A DNA stretch of 64,000 bases, taken from assembly GCA_038131365.1 (NCBI GenBank), contig JAYPPH010000006.1, positions 120,971-184,970 of the forward strand, written 5' to 3'. Within the stretch, counting starts at the first letter, position 1; every line of letters begins with the position of its first letter. Position numbers and translations under genes: made by a program. Shown here piece after piece: positions 59,945-64,000 of this stretch. This DNA comes from Candidatus Marisalimonas marina (GTDB lineage Bacteria; Pseudomonadota; Alphaproteobacteria; Puniceispirillales; Marisalimonadaceae). The notes beneath the pieces were generated by a model that was not told where the DNA came from, did not search any database, and was given only the letters and a program-made list of their open reading frames with translations.

Positions 59945-61894
59945 TTAAGCCAACTTAACATTTTTTTTGCCAGCATTTTTATGTTGGAAAAATGATAACA
60001 AACCACCTAAGGCCATAAAAAAAGCTCCACCCCATATCCATGATACTAATGGGTTAAAATATACTCTTAATGACCAACCTGTTTCATTATCTCCTTCTCC
60101 TAAAACAATGTAAGTGTCTCCCCAAAAGCTTGGTAGTATAGCGGCTTCTGTTGTTTGACTTTGTTCAGTTGGATAAAATCGTTTCTCTGGTTTAAGGTAT
60201 CCTAAAAATTTATCATTTTCATATAAAGTGAAAGTAGCCATTTCGGATTGAAAATTTGGACCTTTTAAATTTTCAAAACTTTTAAACTTTAATAATTTGT
60301 CTGCAATATAGAAAGAGTCACCAATATTTTTCTTTCCACTAAATTCTGTCTTAAAAAATTGTTCGCCAGTTACACCAGCTAAAAAAATTGCAACTCCTAA
60401 GTGAGCAACATTCATTCCTGTAATATTTTTTGAAAAATATAAAAACACATTTTTAATTTTATTAATTTTGACTTTTGATCCTTTTATTTTGATAAAAAAC
60501 TCACTAAAAACTCCAATAAATAACCAAAACGATAAAGTACCACAAATTATTGCAAAAATTGTTGAACCTTTCATGCTATATAGAATGAAGGCTGCTATTA
60601 GTGAACTTATTGTAAGTATTGTAATTATTTTTGCTAAGTTTCTAGGTTTGCCTTTTCCCCAGTTCAGAAACGGAGCAATTGCCATCAACAAAATTACTGG
60701 TGTCATGATAGGGGCAAATGTAGCATTGTAATATGCCGGACCAATTGAAATTTTAGCCCCACTAATAGCGTCTAAGAATAATGGGTATAATGTTCCTATT
60801 AGGACAGTAACGGTAGCAGTAGAAAAAAATAAATTATTTATTAAAAGTGCACTTTCTTTGCTTATAAAATTAAATTGTATCTTTTGTTCTTTGAAAAGAG
60901 AGCTTTTAAGAGCGTATAAAATTAAAGGTCCACCAACTGATATAACTAGAATTACTAAAATGAAAATACCCCTAGATGGATCTGATGCAAAAGAATGAAC
61001 TGATGTTAACAAACCTGACCTTACAATAAATGTACCTAATAACGAAAATGAAAACCCTAAAATTGATAAAAGCACACACCAATTAATGAATATAAGTCTT
61101 TTCTCTAGCATTCTGATTGAATGCAGTAATGCTGTCGCAACTAACCAAGGCATGAAAGAAGCGTTTTCAACAGGGTCCCAAAACCACCAACCACCCCATC
61201 CTAATTCATAATAAGCCCACCAACTTCCAAGGGCTATACCAAGAGTTAAGGCAGACCAAGCAATTGCAATCCAGGGTCTAATTTGTTGTGCCCATTCTCT
61301 ATTAATTTCCCCTGTAATGAGAGCGGCAACTGCAAAAGAAAAGGAAACTGATAAACCAACATAACCAATATAAAGCATTGGTGGGTGAAATGCTAAACCA
61401 GGATCTTGAAGTAGGGGGTTTAGACCTCTTCCTTCGGATGCTAATGTATCCACTCTTTCAAAAGGGTTGGATGTGAAAAGAATAAAAGCCAAGAACAAAC
61501 ATAAAATTACAGTTTGAACCCCAATAATTGAATATAATAATTTATTATTTTTATTTTTTCTAGAAACCCAAAAGGTAAAAAAAGATAAAATTAATACCCA
61601 TAGTAATAGTGAACCTTCATGATTTCCCCATGTTCCACTAATTTTGTAAAGCATTGGCTTAAGTGAATGAGAATTATTTGAAACAATTAGTAATGAGAAA
61701 TCAGAAATAATAAAACTATATGTTAATACAGAAAATGAAATTAATATAAATATGAAATTAATAAGTACACTTTTTTTAATTACTTCGAGGGTTAACTCAT
61801 TAAAATTATTTAAATTAAAAATCCAAAAAATTATCTGCATTATTGATGCGACAAATGTTAAGATAAGGAATATATGACCTATTTCAGGTATCAT
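59945..61894 (-). CDS. ccmF: Heme lyase CcmF
   Basis: WGNHEGSLLLW, GLNPLLQDPGLAFHPP, WGGWWFWDPVENAS, RSGLLTSVHSFASDP. Confidence 0.97.
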   Translation of the reverse strand: MIPEIGHIFLILTFVASIMQIIFWIFNLNNFNELTLEVIKKSVLINFIFILISFSVLTYSFIISDFSLLIVSNNSHSLKPMLYKISGTWGNHEGSLLLWVLILSFFTFWVSRKNKNNKLLYSIIGVQTVILCLFLAFILFTSNPFERVDTLASEGRGLNPLLQDPGLAFHPPMLYIGYVGLSVSFSFAVAALITGEINREWAQQIRPWIAIAWSALTLGIALGSWWAYYELGWGGWWFWDPVENASFMPWLVATALLHSIRMLEKRLIFINWCVLLSILGFSFSLLGTFIVRSGLLTSVHSFASDPSRGIFILVILVISVGGPLILYALKSSLFKEQKIQFNFISKESALLINNLFFSTATVTVLIGTLYPLFLDAISGAKISIGPAYYNATFAPIMTPVILLMAIAPFLNWGKGKPRNLAKIITILTISSLIAAFILYSMKGSTIFAIICGTLSFWLFIGVFSEFFIKIKGSKVKINKIKNVFLYFSKNITGMNVAHLGVAIFLAGVTGEQFFKTEFSGKKNIGDSFYIADKLLKFKSFENLKGPNFQSEMATFTLYENDKFLGYLKPEKRFYPTEQSQTTEAAILPSFWGDTYIVLGEGDNETGWSLRVYFNPLVSWIWGGAFFMALGGLLSFFQHKNAGKKNVKLA

Positions 61895-62337
61895 TAGTTA
61901 TCTTTGCCTTTCCAGGAACCATTTTTCTTTAACGCGTCTGCTACTTCAGGAGGCATATAATTTTCATCATGCTTGGCAAGCACTTGATTTGCTATCAGTT
62001 TATCCTGATTGAAGATACCTTCAGCAACAATACCTTGTCCTTCTCTGAATAAATCTGGCAGTTGCCCATCAAAAATTACTGGTATTTCACTTTTCTTATC
62101 TGTGATTGTAAACTCTACAATATTTTTATTTTTTATCACTGAATTTTCAAGGACAAGTCCCCCAACTCTAATTTTACTTTCAATATTTTTACTGTCCGCA
62201 TATTTGTTTTTTAACTCATTGGGAGTATAAAAATAAACAATGTTATCCCTGAGAGCAATTAATACAAGTTGTGTAGCTACCGCTATTGTAAGGATAATTA
62301 AGGTGATTATGAATAATCTTCTATATTTTGGGTTCAT
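61894..62337 (-). CDS. ccmE: Heme chaperone CcmE
   Basis: IRVGGLV, LPDLFREGQGIVAEG, VLAKHDENYMPPE. Confidence 0.96.
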   Translation of the reverse strand: MNPKYRRLFIITLIILTIAVATQLVLIALRDNIVYFYTPNELKNKYADSKNIESKIRVGGLVLENSVIKNKNIVEFTITDKKSEIPVIFDGQLPDLFREGQGIVAEGIFNQDKLIANQVLAKHDENYMPPEVADALKKNGSWKGKDN

Positions 62338-62373
62338 TATTATAGCTGCATTTATAAAATAGATTATAAGAAA

Positions 62374-62532
62374 TTAAATATTCTTTTTTGTTAATTGATT
62401 TAACATTCTTTTTGCTTTTTGGAACTTATGAATTGATCTTATATATAACAAGGATAAGCAGAATAAAGTTAAGAAATAACTTGGCCATATATAAACTTTG
62501 TATTCATCCATTTCCCATAAAATTTCAAACAT
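62374..62532 (-). CDS. ccmD: Heme exporter protein CcmD, not in ORF track (alternative start 62511)
   Basis: Hand translation MFEILWEMDEYKVYIWPSYFLTLFCLSLLYIRSIHKFQKAKRMLNQLTKKNI*; Y..YIW.SY TM motif and position between ccmC and ccmE. Confidence 0.85.
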   Translation of the reverse strand: MFEILWEMDEYKVYIWPSYFLTLFCLSLLYIRSIHKFQKAKRMLNQLTKKNI

Positions 62533-62543
62533 AAACAGCTCTT

Positions 62544-63293
62544 TTAAGAAAATTCTTTTAAGTTTAATTTTAAGATTAATGCTTCACATTTTTTTTCCAT
62601 TAACATTGTTTTGACGTTTATAATTATCAGATATAAGGAAAACAAACTAAAGCCTACCATCATCAAGGCAAGAGGAAATAACATTTCTTTATCAATTGAA
62701 GGACCATCCATTCTCAGAATACTTGAGGGTTGATGCAGGGTATGCCACCAATCAACAGAAAACTTAATAATTGGTAGATTAATTAGCCCTATTATGGCTA
62801 GTACTGAAGCAGTTTTGGATCCATCAATCTTTCTTTCAAAGGCATTGCTTAAAAGAATAAATCCTAGATAAAAAAAGAACAATATTAGCATTGATGTTAA
62901 TCTAGCATCCCAAACCCACCAAGTACCCCACATTGGCTTTCCCCATAAAGAGCCAGTAATTAAGGTCAAAACAGAAAAAATAAGTCCAATAGGGGCTATA
63001 GCATTTGCTATTAAGTCAGCTAATGGATGTTTCCATACTAAATAAAAAATGCATGAGATTGCTAGACTAAAATACAAAAATGATGCAAGCCATGCAGACG
63101 GGACATGAACGTACATTATCCTCACAGCATCGCCCTGTTGATAATCTTTTGGGCTGTCAAATAGTCCATAATAAAGCCCTAAAGAAATCATCGTTGTAGA
63201 TAATATGATCAAAGGTAATTGAAGGTTACCTGTTAATCTTGAAAATCTATGAGGATTTGCTAGCCAATCAAACACGAACGAATTTATCTCCAA
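62544..63293 (-). CDS. ccmC: Heme exporter protein CcmC
   Basis: RIMYVHVPSAW, WGKPMWGTWWVWDARLTS, SVDWWHTLHQP. Confidence 0.97.
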   Translation of the reverse strand: MEINSFVFDWLANPHRFSRLTGNLQLPLIILSTTMISLGLYYGLFDSPKDYQQGDAVRIMYVHVPSAWLASFLYFSLAISCIFYLVWKHPLADLIANAIAPIGLIFSVLTLITGSLWGKPMWGTWWVWDARLTSMLILFFFYLGFILLSNAFERKIDGSKTASVLAIIGLINLPIIKFSVDWWHTLHQPSSILRMDGPSIDKEMLFPLALMMVGFSLFSLYLIIINVKTMLMEKKCEALILKLNLKEFS

Positions 63294-63329
63294 TTAATAG
63301 GTCTTTAATATTTTTATAACTAAACTTTT

Positions 63330-63992
63330 TCAACGTGCAATTGCTATTCTTATCAACAAAGCAGAAATAAATGGAGATATAACTAAATATATCAGTGTAA
63401 AAGCTATCAATAAAAGTAAGTTGTTAATAGGTTCTTGCCCTATTTTTATCGCTTCATTTATTCCTACACCAAATATTAAGATAGGGATCATTAATGGTAT
63501 GATCAATATAGGGAGCAAAATATTTCCTCTTTTTGCTCCTAATACTAAAGAAGCGCCATTTAACCCAATTAAAGATATAGCAAGACCACCAATTGACATG
63601 CCTAAAATCAACCAGGGCATTTGTTCTTTACCTATATTAAGTAAAATAAGAAATATAGGCGTACTTAAAATTAAAGGAAATATAATCATTATCCAATGTG
63701 AAATACTTCTGGATAATAGTACAATTTCAAGGGGTATAGAACTAGTAGCTAGTTGGTCAAACCAACCATTTTCAAGATCTTTTTTTAGAGTTTTTTCTAA
63801 AGAGGGAATTATCGCTAAAATTAAACCAACCCATATTATAGCGTTTGAGATTATATCTAAATTTTTTTTAATAGGTCCAATCCCAAACGTGAATAGTATT
63901 ATGATCAAAAGCATAAAACTTATTATTGCAATAATGTCTATCAACGATCGATAATTAATTAATAAATCTCTTTTTAGATGTGTAATGAACAC
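63330..63992 (-). CDS. ccmB: Heme exporter protein CcmB (GTG start overlapping an upstream TAG at 63992-63994, probably ccmA)
   Basis: LKRDL, F.FGIGP, D.ENG..DQL, HW, LLPIL..PL.IP.LIFG; first complete gene of the ccm operon. Confidence 0.88.
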   Translation of the reverse strand: MFITHLKRDLLINYRSLIDIIAIISFMLLIIILFTFGIGPIKKNLDIISNAIIWVGLILAIIPSLEKTLKKDLENGWFDQLATSSIPLEIVLLSRSISHWIMIIFPLILSTPIFLILLNIGKEQMPWLILGMSIGGLAISLIGLNGASLVLGAKRGNILLPILIIPLMIPILIFGVGINEAIKIGQEPINNLLLLIAFTLIYLVISPFISALLIRIAIAR

Positions 63993-64000
63993 TAATGTCC

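Noticed and set aside
63421-63954. 177-aa plus-strand ORF and the other antisense or nested ORFs in the track (e.g. 192-479, 18031-18351, 51958-52362, 57287-57610)
   Set aside because: Shadows of well-supported genes on the opposite strand or another frame; no motifs or RBS support.

Overview
A 64-kb, visibly AT-rich, gene-dense chromosomal segment of a streamlined marine alphaproteobacterium. A low-GC SAR116/Rhodospirillales-like lineage is plausible from gene order and content, but this is inference. It is mostly core genome: a lipid A/Kdo cluster (lpxL, lpxK, waaA, DUF374/LpxJ-like, msbA-like ABC transporter, dual-specificity phosphatase), pmbA and tldD, argC, a green-tuned proteorhodopsin with crtI-crtB-crtY-blh, ubiA, rsmE, gshA, an aa3-type cytochrome c oxidase operon, thrC/thrB, ispH, the F0 ATP synthase operon, smc, mutY, purH, pgi, metY, dusA and a contiguous ccmB-I operon. 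I saw no rRNA, tRNA, CRISPR array, integrase or transposase. Three core genes (xseA, lpxK, thrC) each carry a single extra base, most likely sequencing indels. Three small genes missing from the ORF track were read by hand (CoxF-like, DUF1674/SDHAF4-like, ccmD). Best leads: (1) an 18/19 match to the classical Fur box just upstream of an unknown 68-aa two-TM protein divergent from proteorhodopsin; (2) a two-gene oxalate-CoA ligase plus PanE2-like oxalyl-CoA reductase module with a divergent TSUP transporter; (3) paired loss of both acidic Mg/Mn ligands in the cytochrome c oxidase; (4) an unknown GGCT-like protein coupled to argC; (5) an anti-Shine-Dalgarno hairpin in the metY leader.
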